From Macrostomum hystrix (taxonomy: Eukaryota; Animalia; Platyhelminthes), in assembly GCA_950097015.1 (NCBI GenBank), contig CATNEN010000038.1:1054001-1118000 (forward strand): a stretch of DNA of 64,000 nucleotides. Reading direction: 5' to 3'. Position 1 is the stretch's first letter; each line of letters begins with the position of its first letter. Under the pieces are notes generated by a model. It saw only the letters and a program-made list of their open reading frames with translations. It was not told the DNA's origin and made no database searches. Shown here piece by piece: positions 47,321 through 59,024 of the stretch. Position numbers and translations under genes: made by a program.

Positions 47321-47479
47321 AGATTTTAACGAGTGGAGGCAAGACAGGCTATGTGAGATAGTAGAGGGAGAGAAGCTAGGGGAAGTTGAGTAGTAGAAGT
47401 GAGGTCCAGATGATTACTTTGAAAGTAAAACAAAGGTTTGAGTAATATATCTAGTCAGCCCAGTCCCAATCTGGTCCAA

Positions 47480-48900
47480 TCTAATTCTCATCTTCTCACC
47501 CTAATTCTCCTCTTCTCACCCTAATTCTCATCTTCTCACCCTAATTCTCCTCTTCTCACCCTAATTCTCCTCTTCTCACCCAACGTCTCCTCTTCTCACC
47601 CTAATTCTCATCTTCTCACCCTAATTCTCCTCTTCTCACCCTAATTCTCCTCTTCTCACCCAACGTCTCCTCTTCTCACCCTAATTCTCCTCTTCTCACC
47701 CTAATTCTCCTCTTCTCACCCAACGTCTCCTCTTCTCACCCTAATTCTCCTCTTCTCACCCTAATTCTCCTCTTCTCACCCTAATTCTCCTCTTCTCACC
47801 ATAATTCTCCTTTTCTCACCCTAATTCTCATCTTCTCACCCTAATTCTCATCTTCTCACCCTAATTCTCATCTTCTCACCCTAATTCTCCTCTTCTCACC
47901 CTAATTCTCCTCTTCTCACCCAACGTCTCCTCTTCTCACCCTAATTCTCATCTTCTCACCCTAATTCTCCTCTTCTCGCCCTAATTCTCCTCTTCTCACC
48001 CAACGTCTCCTCTTCTCACCCTAATTCTCCTCTTCTCACCCTAATTCTCCTCTTCTCACCCAACGTCTCCTCTTCTCACCCTAATTCTCCTCTTCTCACT
48101 CTAATTCTCCTCTTCTCACCCTAATTCTCCTCTTCTCACCCTAATTCTCCTCTTCTCACCCTAATTCTCCTCTTCTCACCCTAATTCTCATCTTCTCACT
48201 CTAATTCTCCTCTTCTCACCCTAATTCTCCTCTTCTCACCCTAATTCTCCTCTTCTCACCATAATTCTCCTCTTCTCACCATAATTCTCCTCTTCTCACC
48301 CTAATTCTCATCTTCTCACCCTAATTCTCATCTTCTCACCCTAATTCTCCTCTTCTCACCCTAATTCTCCTCTTCTCACCATAATTCTCCTCTTCTCACC
48401 ATAATTCTCCTCTTCTCACCCTAATTCTCCTCTTCTCACCCTAATTCTCCTCTTCTCACCCTAATTCTCATCTTCTCAGCCTAATTCTCCTCTTCTCATC
48501 CTAATTCTCCTCTTCTCATCCTAATTCTCATCTTCTCAGCCTAATTCTCCTCTTCTCAGCCTAATTCTCCTCTTCTCATCCTAATTCTCCTCTTCTCACC
48601 CAACGTCTCCTCTTCTCATCCTAATTCTCCTCTTCTCATCCTAATTCTCCTCTTCTCACCATAATTCTCATCTTCTCACCCTAATTCTCATCTTCTCACC
48701 CTAATTCTCCTCTTCTCACCATAATTCTCCTCTTCTTACCCTAATTCTCATCTTCTCACCCAACGTCTCCCCTTCTCATCCTAATTCTCCTCTTCTCACC
48801 CAACGTCTCCTCTTCTCATCCTAATTCTCCTCTTCTCACCCAACGTCTCCTCTTCTCATCCTAATTCTCCTCTTCTCACCCAACGTCTCCTCTTCCCTCC
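47480..48900. repeat. 20-bp minisatellite (CTAATTCTCCTCTTCTCACC)
   Basis: About 70 copies. Confidence 0.97.
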
Positions 48901-49674
48901 TACCTCTCCGATTCTCCTCTCCAATTCTCACCATACCTCTTCTTTTCCTCCTTCTATTTGAAAGCATAGAGCAGCAGGTGAGCATAAATTTGGCACAGGG
49001 TAAAGTGGCGGGCTCGCCTAGGTGGAACCGGTCTAGGCAGCTTCCCCTCTCCATCTAAATTATCGATTTCTCTGAGCGAGTTGATGGACTGAGCGTCCCC
49101 CCGCACCCGCCCATTCTCTCTCGGCGCTTGCAACCATTGTTTTTGCCCAATAATATTGCCCTGGCCCCTGAGTGGCAAGTTTTAGGAGCAAAACTCAGTG
49201 CGCAATTTTTTTTTTACTCAAATTCCCATTGCCAAATAGTCTGCCCGGTTTGAAAGAAAATTTGGGATAAAATATTCAGCCGCCATTGTGGGGAAGAATT
49301 CCCTTGAAGTGGTTGACTACCTTCTGAACGGCGAAATCCGCTTTTATGGACCGAGGAAATGGCCGCATTAGCAGACGCTTAGAGCGGAGGAATTCCAACC
49401 TCAAAATGCAACAGGTGGACTGTGAATTCTGTATCCATGCAGTGGATGCATGCTAAATCGGAGCCTATTTGCTTTCTATTCCGCCTCTCACCTGTCTATC
49501 GGTTGCTATGGCAGTTACAGTCTGCTATCGGCTCTCCCATTGAAACTGAATGGCAAGCAAAAAACTTCTTTTATTAGATCGTTGCAAATCTAACAATGAG
49601 TGAGTTAGTGATCACTTGTTATACAACAGCAGCGAGACAGCACCTAACTATTAGGACCTGCTATGTGCAGCATA

Positions 49675-49975
49675 GAAACAGAGTGCACACCTGTTAGACA
49701 GAGTGCACACCTGTTAGACAGAGTGCACACCTGTTAGACAGAGTGCACACCTGCTAGACAGAGTGCACACCTGTTAGACAGAGTGCACACCTGCTAGACA
49801 GAGTGCACACCTGTTAGACAGAGTGAACTCCTGTTAGACAGAGTGAACTACTGTTAGACAGAGTGCACACCTGTTAGACAGAGTGAACTACTGTTAGACA
49901 GAGTGCACACCTGTTAGACAGAGTGCACACCTGTTAGACAGAGTGCACACCTGCTAGACAGAGTGCACACCTGTT
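49675..49975. repeat. 20-bp minisatellite (GAGTGCACACCTGTTAGACA)
   Basis: About 15 copies. Confidence 0.95.
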
Positions 49976-51089
49976 TGGTATCCTTCTATTTCACATTGGA
50001 GTACAAAGTTCTAGCAAAGAAAGCACAACGATGAGAAATATCAAACAGCTGTAGCTAAACTGCATCTCGTAGCACTAAAGTATGCAGGTCCGCCATCAGC
50101 TGTCGTTGCACCTGGCAACGCAAGAATTAACTGTTTTGGGGGGGTTGCATTTCTGCAACAGTTAGCGCTTCGGACTGCGCTGCTTCTGTTTCAAAAGTGA
50201 AAAGAAATTGACAGAGAGAATGAGAGAGACAGAAGGAGAAGCTGGCGCTATGTCCTGGCATTGTCACTCGTTGCGAAGAGAAGGCTTGGGGTTGGCTAGT
50301 TGTTTTAGAAAATAGTCCCGGCCTACGAGCGTACACAGCCAATTCTCAATATTTCCCAGAGCCACCTCAGACCTCTCCGTCCCATTTGTTTTCGCTTGTC
50401 TTCCATCTCTACCAAATGTTGCATTCTTTACCTCTCTCCACCCCTCACCCATCGAAGAAGGCTCTAACAGCTCTCGGGACGCCACTCGACTACAACGTTC
50501 CCAACTATGCGGGATGTCATCAGCACTAACTAGTTGCCATGGTACTCTGAGACACCCCACATGCCAAGCAGCAATCCATTGTCCCACAGACCCTCAAGCT
50601 CTACCCCTCCCAGATGTAGCCTTAACGCCATCTGGAGCGGTTGCCTCAGCATCAAGTAGATGCAGCAGTAGCAGTCACATTGGCTACCCGGCAGCAGAAA
50701 CAGATGCAGGTTGAGAGAAGTCGGAAAGAAATTATGGCACTAGGGAGACAAAAGCAGATTAGCGGGCGCAGCTTGGAATAAGCTCCCGCGGGCCAATGGC
50801 TGGCTCATCGCATCGACGCACAAACAGTTTAGAGGCCTGCCTACACACGCGGGCTTGAGACTAACTGGGGGGAGGGCGAGGCTGTTCGGTTTGTTGTAGC
50901 GACGCCATAGCGACGGCTTGGAGGAGGGCGGCGCTGGGCATGGAGGCATAAAGCCAAGCGCGGGCGAGGGCGAGGCAGGCCACCCATCGGTTTCTGAGTC
51001 TCTAAGCACCAGCTATTCGCATTGCACTGCAATCTAAAGGCGATTCAACACTGGTCTATAGATCTAGCTAACAAATACTGAAGCCAGAG

Positions 51090-52804
51090 ATGAAGTACGG
51101 GATGTTTCAACTCGCCTTCGTGCTAGTCATCATGGCTGCTGTTGGTAAGTTCGATACCGCTTTTACAGCCCTGGTTGATGCATGCAATATATAGCTTTTA
51201 CATACAATGGGCCGTCCACTGCCAAATTTTAGCCGACGCCCAGACCTGCAATAGCACCTTGTGCGACCGGAACACGAACTGCGTTGGTTTCGCTAACCAA
51301 ATCTGCAACAATGCCTCAACATTCTACACTGGATCACTCTGCCTGAGTGCCTCCCACTGCGCTTCCTGTATGTTAATTGCTGTCAATTTGATTTACAAGA
51401 TTGGGTCATTTCTTTCTCTAATTAGTGCGCAAACGATTGACTTTCGTAGATGCACAAGCCAATGGTGATTTCAGCGTTCAATTGTCCGGACAGCCGCCCA
51501 ATGTGGTAGGTGCAAGTTTGTTAAAAATGATTGCACTAATAATGCGGCATTGACTCTGTAAACTAACCGAAAACCTGCGCCCGCAGATCAACAACTATTA
51601 CAGCATTATTAGACAAGCCATCGTCAGCGCCTACAACGATTATTGTAGAACTAACAACAACTACCAGATCTGCTGCCCCGGCTCATCGGACTGGTGAGTT
51701 CACGCGTTTTCTCTTATACAAAGCAGCAGATTTTGTCAGTTCGATATCTCTTCAATTCAAAACCTGCGTCAACATTTTAGGCCGAACAAAGCTACCCAAC
51801 TAAACAGAACTGCAATGGCATCGGAAGCGGAAGTTCTGATCCTGTCCGCTTATGGCGACTCAGGGAAAACAGTGCTAGCCCTCCGCCTCGCCCCTCTGGA
51901 AAACAGCAGTCTCTGCACGTCCGTCACTTACACTACAACCACCTCGACAACCAGCACGACAACCAGCACTACCCGTACCACCGTCTCAGCTGCTAGCAAC
52001 TCTAATACTGTCGCTACTACTGCTGCTCCTGCTGCTGCTAGTAGCACAATGGCCTCCAGCGCTGCCGCTGCTGCAGCTGCGAGCACAACTATGGCTACCA
52101 GCATGGCTGCTGCTGCTTCTACCGCCACGACTGCTGCTGCTAACAACACTATGGCTGGTGCTTCTACCACTACAATGGCTGCTGGTTCTTCCGCTACAAT
52201 GACTGGTGCTTCTACCGCTACAATGGCTGCTGGTTCTTCCGCTACAATGACTGGTGCTTCTACCGCTACAATGGCTGCTGCTACCACTACAATGGCTGCT
52301 GCTACCACTACAATGGCTGCTGCTACCACTACAATGGCTGCTGCTACCACTACAATGGCTGCAGCCTCCAACTCTTCCAATTCCACTGCTGCCCCTAGTG
52401 GACGCAGACGCAAGCGCGAAGTTGATTTCGACTCCCTGATGGCCGAAGAGAAAGCTGACGATAGCGAGCTCGTTCTTCACCGCAGCCGCCGCGCCGCCCT
52501 CACCCTGTCTGTCAGCGCTATTTCGGCCATCTCATCTTCGATCCAGATTAGCCAGTAGGTGCTTTCTAACTGCCTAATTCTTCATTCAAATATTGTTGAC
52601 ATCATTGAGCATTTGTCAAATAACATTCCGATGGCTTTCAGGATTATCCAGACGGCGCTGAGCAACAACAACCTCACCGTTACTGTGACGGTCACCGCTG
52701 TGGGCGTCCCTCTCCAGAGTCTGGGGAGTCAGCTTGATAGCAGCCGACTGTTTGCGAGCTGCGCCGCTGCCCTCGTGATGACCATCTTCAGCCTGCGACG
52801 CTAA
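51090..52804 (+). CDS. Secreted, probably GPI-anchored Cys-rich and mucin-like protein, 6 exons
   Basis: Approximate exons: 51090-51144, 51232-51367, 51450-51505, 51587-51693, 51781-52554, 52642-52804; they join in phase. Signal peptide MKYGMFQLAFVLVIMAAVADA, 6-Cys module, Thr/Ala/Ser/Met repeats, RRRKR and RSRR sites, hydrophobic C-terminus FASCAAALVMTIFSLRR. Confidence 0.8.
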
Positions 52805-55034
52805 AGTGATTTTTTGAGAAGCTGCAAAAAAGCGCCTAAAACAGAAGATAATGGCCAGGATGTTCAATCTAGGAAAGCTAATAGTGAAACTGCGCACAGA
52901 TGGGTTACAAAAACATGGCGCTGTATGTGTTGGGATAGGCGTGTATTCAGAGTTCAATGAGCATGTGTGGTAGAGAGATTGAAAGTTTAACAGAGAAGTT
53001 TTTGAGGCGTCTATATTTTTTTCAGTGGATGTAACTCTAGCGATGTGTTTTGTATGAAGATACCTATTTTTGCTTTGTTTCTGCAAAAGCTTTGGCCTTT
53101 CGTTTACCAATATTTTGCTTACATTAATTTACAGCCATTCGAATAAAGAACCCCCGTCTTCTCTTCTTTATGCAGCAGAAACTTGAGTAGAAGTACATTT
53201 GTAGAATGGATCGCCAAAGCTGAACATCACATGCTGTTGCATTAGTTTAGATGTTGGTGATTGATTTCGGTAAATTAGGACTCCTTAAAAAATCCTTACA
53301 GCCTTGGCACTCCATTCTACTTGCGTCATTCAAGAAATATTTTATCCCACTTTAATTTGAGCTCCAGCTTTCATTATTGTGTAAGTTTTTATTTGTCTGC
53401 AAACTAACAGTAAAGCTAGCGGGCATGTTGTGTGCATCGTGTGTAAATTGCATCCATGCTTTGAGTTTTTGTTTCCAAAGTCAAATTTCAGCTCATAATT
53501 TTTATCGTTCTTGCACCCAAAGCTTGTACCTAAACTGCCTAATCAAGGCACTTATCCTAAGTTTTGCTATTCTATCCTTCGTGATAATTTACTAGATTAG
53601 AAACGAGACCGCATTCCAAAGCCTATCCCAGTGCCAGCAATAAGAAGTACTGACGCTAAAAAAGCCTATTGAATATCAAAGCTAATTTTATTCTTATTTA
53701 AACTGTCTTTAAATAATGGCGTGAGTTTGAACTAAATTAAGCTGCTTTTCTATGAATTTAAATGTTGAAGCACACTTTAACAAGAGTTGGATACTTACCA
53801 ATGTTTTGTGCTTTTAATACTTGGTTATGCACTTTCAGATCCTATTTCCGTCTAGTCTTGATACGAATGCACGTAGATTTTTGTTTAAACGTTGGCGCCA
53901 ATATCTGCGATTTTAAAACCGATTTTTGTTTAATTCAGATGTGTTAATTTTTTGTTATAAATTTATATTCTTCTAGACATTTATGTCGGACTGGATTTTC
54001 GCTAAAAAGATATTGTACCTGAAGTTATTTAAGTCCCTTGAAAAAGAGCAAAAAAGCAAAAATATTTTGTTTGTAGTTAAAGAATCTAAATATTCCATTT
54101 TTTCTGCAAAGCTATTCAAAATTCTACAGCAACAATTATAAGCGAAATACAAAGCGCCTGATTTTCTAGGTCTAAAGCGAACGTTTGTCTCAAGAAGATC
54201 TCAAGAAAGCATAGAAAATTTTAGCTGTGTTTAGCAACGAAATCAGTTTTTTTAAATCTGACTTCATAAATTGCGACTCGTTTCATTTCATTTTATTTGT
54301 CATAAAAATATTGAAAAAAAGAAAACTTTATAAGTTGAACTTATTCAGACACGAAGTTTTAATTTGCGTAGTATTTGAACAAACTCATGCGGTTAAAGAA
54401 AAAGAGAGCGTGCAGTCAGCCCACATAATATCATTTATTTAATTGATTAATCTGCTCGGATAAATTGCAATCCTTGATACTTAAAAATATTTATTAAGCT
54501 TCTTATATTATCTTATATTATATTATCATATAATTATATCGAAATTATATTATAACACATAATTTCGAATATGTGGATGTCATGCTTTAGTTGGACGGCT
54601 CTCTAAGCTATTGGAATTAGAAAATTTAACGCCTATATCGAATCGTTTTGTATATTTTACAATTAAGGGACAACTTGATAATTATATTACCATCATAGTT
54701 TGGTTAATATACTCGTACTATATTTAGTTATCTCGTTGTCCCTTATTGTTACATGCAGAAAGCTATTGAGCAAATAAAAGTGACTTAATATATTTGCAAA
54801 TCTACTAGCAACGCTTAAGATGTAAAATCCTCTTTTACATATATTTTTTGTAATTAAAAAATATATAAATATCTTAAACTTGGGGTATGTACGTACTACG
54901 GGTGCTACTGCAGATCAATCTTAGTAGTAAAGAGCGCTTAGTGTCGATTTCGACAAAAAGCTTATTGAAATAGTACCGCACAGGATGGCATCAGCAAAAG
55001 ATAAAAAGTACATGTAAATTGCGAACAGACCAGA

Positions 55035-56493
55035 TCATACAGAGGACGTGCGGCTCTGCTCTTGCGACTGTCGCTTGCTTCCGAATGGCGCGTCGATAAT
55101 GTCGTGTCTTAGCGCTGATGACTCGACTGCAGCCCCGTTGTTGTGCCGCCTTAGTCGACTGTCGGCTGAGTGTCCCGACATCCCGTCATCTGACTGGCGG
55201 TCATGCAACGACGGATCGTTGAGCCACTTCAGGAAAGTCTCCTTCAAAACTTCGGCGGTCACAATGTCACCGGCGGTCTTGTTCACGATGGCCAACACGA
55301 ACTGACCGTCTGTGCGAAGAAACGTGCCTACGAAGCTCTTCTCCAGCTGCGGATGGCGTTGGAAGCGCATTGATATGTCGGGATTCGAGTCCAGGCTCTC
55401 AGCAATCTTCAAGTACTTTTTGACGGTGCTGTATCGACTCGGGCTGAGCAGCAGCCGTAGCAGCCAGCGACTCATGGACAAAATGTTGAGCGTCAGGATG
55501 ATGACCACCCAGAACCAGATGCCGATGTAGAACTTCTCGTTCAGCATGTTGACGGGCAGGACGCACTGCAGGGTGTACTGTCTCGGCTCGCCGACGTTGC
55601 GAATCTCGAACCGGCAGTGCGTCACCCTGGGAAACACGTTGCTGGTCTGCCAAGTCTTGTTGTTGGCGATATCGCTGAGAATCTGCAGTCCGAACGAGGT
55701 GATGTTGAGGCCCAGGAAGCTGCGCATCAGGTGGAGCTGACCGATGCAGTTGGCCACGTAGCATGACTTGACGAAGATGTAGGTGAAGGCGAAGTACATT
55801 GAGAAGGCCGGCTTGCCAAACAAGAATGAGGCGAGTCGCTTGCAGCAGGTCTTCTGGCGATAGCGCGAACGGTAACGAATGAATTTGAGCAGCGAGTCGG
55901 ACAGGAAGGCGATCTTCTTCAGCCGATCTTCGGCGTTGGAGCTGTCGCCCTCGACCTTGGAGGCCTGCAGCGCCAGCTGGCGCATGTCGATGCCGACGTT
56001 CGTGCTGAGCAGCAGCCAGATCAGATGCGGCACGTAAAACAGCGCGGCCTGAGCCATCAGGATGAACGGCACCCACTGGTAGTAGTCTGGAGGCCAGGTG
56101 TGATCAAGCTACCGTCAGTCTTACGCAAGCGTCCGTATTCCAATTTCAATATAAGCATAAAGAGCATGCACAGCCGATTCGGAACTCACAAATGGTGCGT
56201 CCCTCGCCAGGAGTTTTGCCATGATGGATGGGCACATTCGGATCATAATAGAAGGTGTTCTCAATCCAGCAATAGTTCTCGGCGTATTTCATTCTTGAGT
56301 CGTCCAGTTCCTTGAGGCTCCAGCACTGGATGGGCTCAAACACGTACTGCTTCATGCCGACCACAGTGGCTACAGCGATGAGCAAGGCCGGGGTCACTAC
56401 GTAGTTGAGACGGTCGAAATAGTCCTCGGCACCCTTGGGGCTGGACTTGGCTGAGCCGGCGAGCTTTCGGAAGCTGTCTAAGTATCCCTCCAT
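55035..56493 (-). CDS. Innexin B (gap junction protein), 2 coding exons
   Basis: Exons 56493-56190 and 56086-55035. Motifs EDYFDRLNY..T, KQY..EPIQCW, YAENYCW, YYYQWVPF, FPRVTHC, CVLPVNMLNEKFY and FLRTDGQFVL. Confidence 0.96.
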
Positions 56494-56769
56494 TGTTGGC
56501 AGCTGGTCTGCTAGCGGCTGGCTTCAACGGAATCTGCGCTGAACACTTTTCGGTTTAGAAATGCGAGAGCAAATGAACAACTGAACTGGCTAGATTCACC
56601 AAGTAGTACTCACCAAGTACTCAAGGGCTACCAGCGAAGGCGGGATAAGTGGATTAAAGCTTGTGTTATGCAAGATGTTACCCCCGACTGGTATCAACAA
56701 TGACCTTGTCGTCAAACAAATGTGCATCTGATAGACAAAAGTACACCTGTTAGACAATTAGCAAGACAC

Positions 56770-56976
56770 TCTGCAATGCTTCAGTTCACCCAGCTGTTAA
56801 ATGGGTACCAGCATTAGCTGGGATAATTTAAGGTGGGTGTGGCGTCCCCCCAGTCCATGGACTGAACAGCTGTACGCAGCCTTCAGATGCGCCGCGCAAT
56901 AGCTGCGGCTTTGCTGTTGGCTGCACATCTGATCCGATTGGGGCAGGTGTAGTCGATTATTATTAATTAATTATTA
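56770..56976 (+). mobile_element. SINE family B body (CORE-like segment)
   Basis: TTCAGTTCACCCAGCTGTTAAATGGGTACC...CAGTCCATGGACTGAACAG...GCGGCTTTGCT, then an (ATT)n-like tail. Matches the reverse complement of 7140-7280. Confidence 0.6.
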
Positions 56977-57561
56977 GACAATATTACACCTGCTCAAAAA
57001 ATATTCTTACCTGGAACTGCTTCTCTGGCAGGTTCGGAAAATTGGCAGAAGAGGCAAGCAAGAGCCGGAGGTCCTATAATTTATTACGACTTCGCAAAAC
57101 CAGTTAAATTGTTTCTTAGAAATTCGAGGCGAAAAGTTTGCGTCTTTCGGTTGAAAGCAAGAATTTTATTGTAGTGTGTAGTGGATAATGCAATCGGTAT
57201 CTACAAATAGTCGTTGAAGCGCAGAACACAGAGCCACAGGAAGTTAGGCTGAATCGCGAACCCATATGGTTTTCTAGTCCGCTGATGTGTGATTCGATAC
57301 GCTTGACTTACACAAATTTTTGTCTTCTTCTTTAGATACTGCACTAGACGATACAGTTTCCACGGGCGCAAAATCTAGTCGAATATTTCTTACCAGGGCT
57401 GCTCTACCTTGCCGCACCATTATTGTGCTTGAGTAGATTTCTATTTAGACTAGCATAGAGCCTGTGCATTGAAATTTAATAGCCAAGTTATCGTTTCTTT
57501 TAGTATACTTTGCGCAGGTATTTAAAAACTTAACAACTCCTTTTGAACAAAAAAGGGGGTA

Positions 57562-58650
57562 AAGTGTCCTACTGTTAGGCAGCAGTGTAGGTCCTACTGT
57601 TAGGCAGCAGTGTCCTACTGTTAGACAGCAGTGTCCTACTGTTAGGCAGCAGTGTCCTACTGTTAGACAGCAGAGTCCTACTGTTAGACAGCAGAGTCCT
57701 ACTGTTAGGCAGCAGTGTCCTACTGTTAGGCAGCAGAGTCCTACTGTTAGGCAGCAGTGTAGGTCCTACTGTTAGGCAGCAGTGTCCAACTGTTAGGCAG
57801 CAGTGTCCTACTGTTAGACAGCAGAGTCCTACTGTTAGACAGCAGAGTCCTACTGTTAGACAGCAGAGTCCCACTGTTAGACAGCAGAGTCCTACTGTTA
57901 GACAGCAGAGTCCTACTGTTAGACAGCAGAGTCCTACTGTTAGACAGCAGAGTCCTACTGTTAGGCAGCAGAATGATACTGTTAGACAGCAGTGTCCTAC
58001 TATTAGGCAGCAGAATGATACTGTTAGACAGCAGAATGATACTGTTAAACTACAGAGTCCTACTGTTAGGCAGCAGTGTCCTACTGTTAGACAGCAGAGT
58101 CCTACTGTTAGACAGCAGAGTCCTACTGTTAGACAGCAGAGTCCTACTGTTAGACAGCAGAGTCCTACTGTTAGACAGCAGAGTCCTACTGTTAGACAGC
58201 AGAGTCCTACTGTTAGACAGCAGAGTCCTACTGTTAGACAGCAGAGTCCTACTGTTAGACAGCAGAGTCCTACTGTTAGACAACAGAGTCCTACTGTTAG
58301 ACAGCAGAGTCCTACTGTTAGACAGCAGAGTCCTACTGTTAGACCGCAGAGTGTTACTGTTAGACAGCAGAGTGATACTGTTAGACAGCAAGAGTCCTAC
58401 TGTTAGACAGCAGAGTGATAATGTTAGACAGCAGAGTCCTACTGCTAGACAGCAGAGTCCTACTGTTAGACAGCAGAGTCCTACTGTTAGACAGCAGAGT
58501 CCTACTGTTAGACAACAGAGTCCTACTGTTAGACAGCAGTGTCCTACTGTTAGACAGCAGTGTCCTACTGTTAGACAGCAGAGTCCTACTGTTAGACAAC
58601 AGAGTCCTACTGTTAGACAGCAGAGTCCTACTGTTAGACAGCAGAGTCAG
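57562..58650. repeat. 21-bp minisatellite (GAGTCCTACTGTTAGACAGCA)
   Basis: About 51 copies. Confidence 0.96.
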
Positions 58651-59024
58651 CTGTCAGATTTGCATTAAAATGATTGTATTTGATTTGCTCATAACGTTGA
58701 CCCAAGGCAGTCTAAAAGGCATATACCTTTTTTATCCATCAGCTGGCATAAATGATCATTGCATATTCGTGCAGCAAAATGTGAACACAAGACAATCTAG
58801 TTATGGCACTAGGGTGAGTGCACAGGTAACATGCCGCATTTCCTGTTTATTCTTAGAGAGGCTTAATTGCCTGTAACATCGATATCTTTTTTGAGAGAAA
58901 ATGACCAAATTTGCTGTGCAATCATCATGATCATGATTACAGTCCAAATTATTGCATTTGCTTGAGGTCTGGACTGTCCTGTCCTGTGTTGTGATGTCTT
59001 TTTGGCGTATAACATAAATAATAG

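Noticed and set aside
44666-49420. Scattered exon-like fragments (about 44710-44812, 46190-46263, 49290-49414)
   Set aside because: I could not join them into a consistent frame or recognise any homology.
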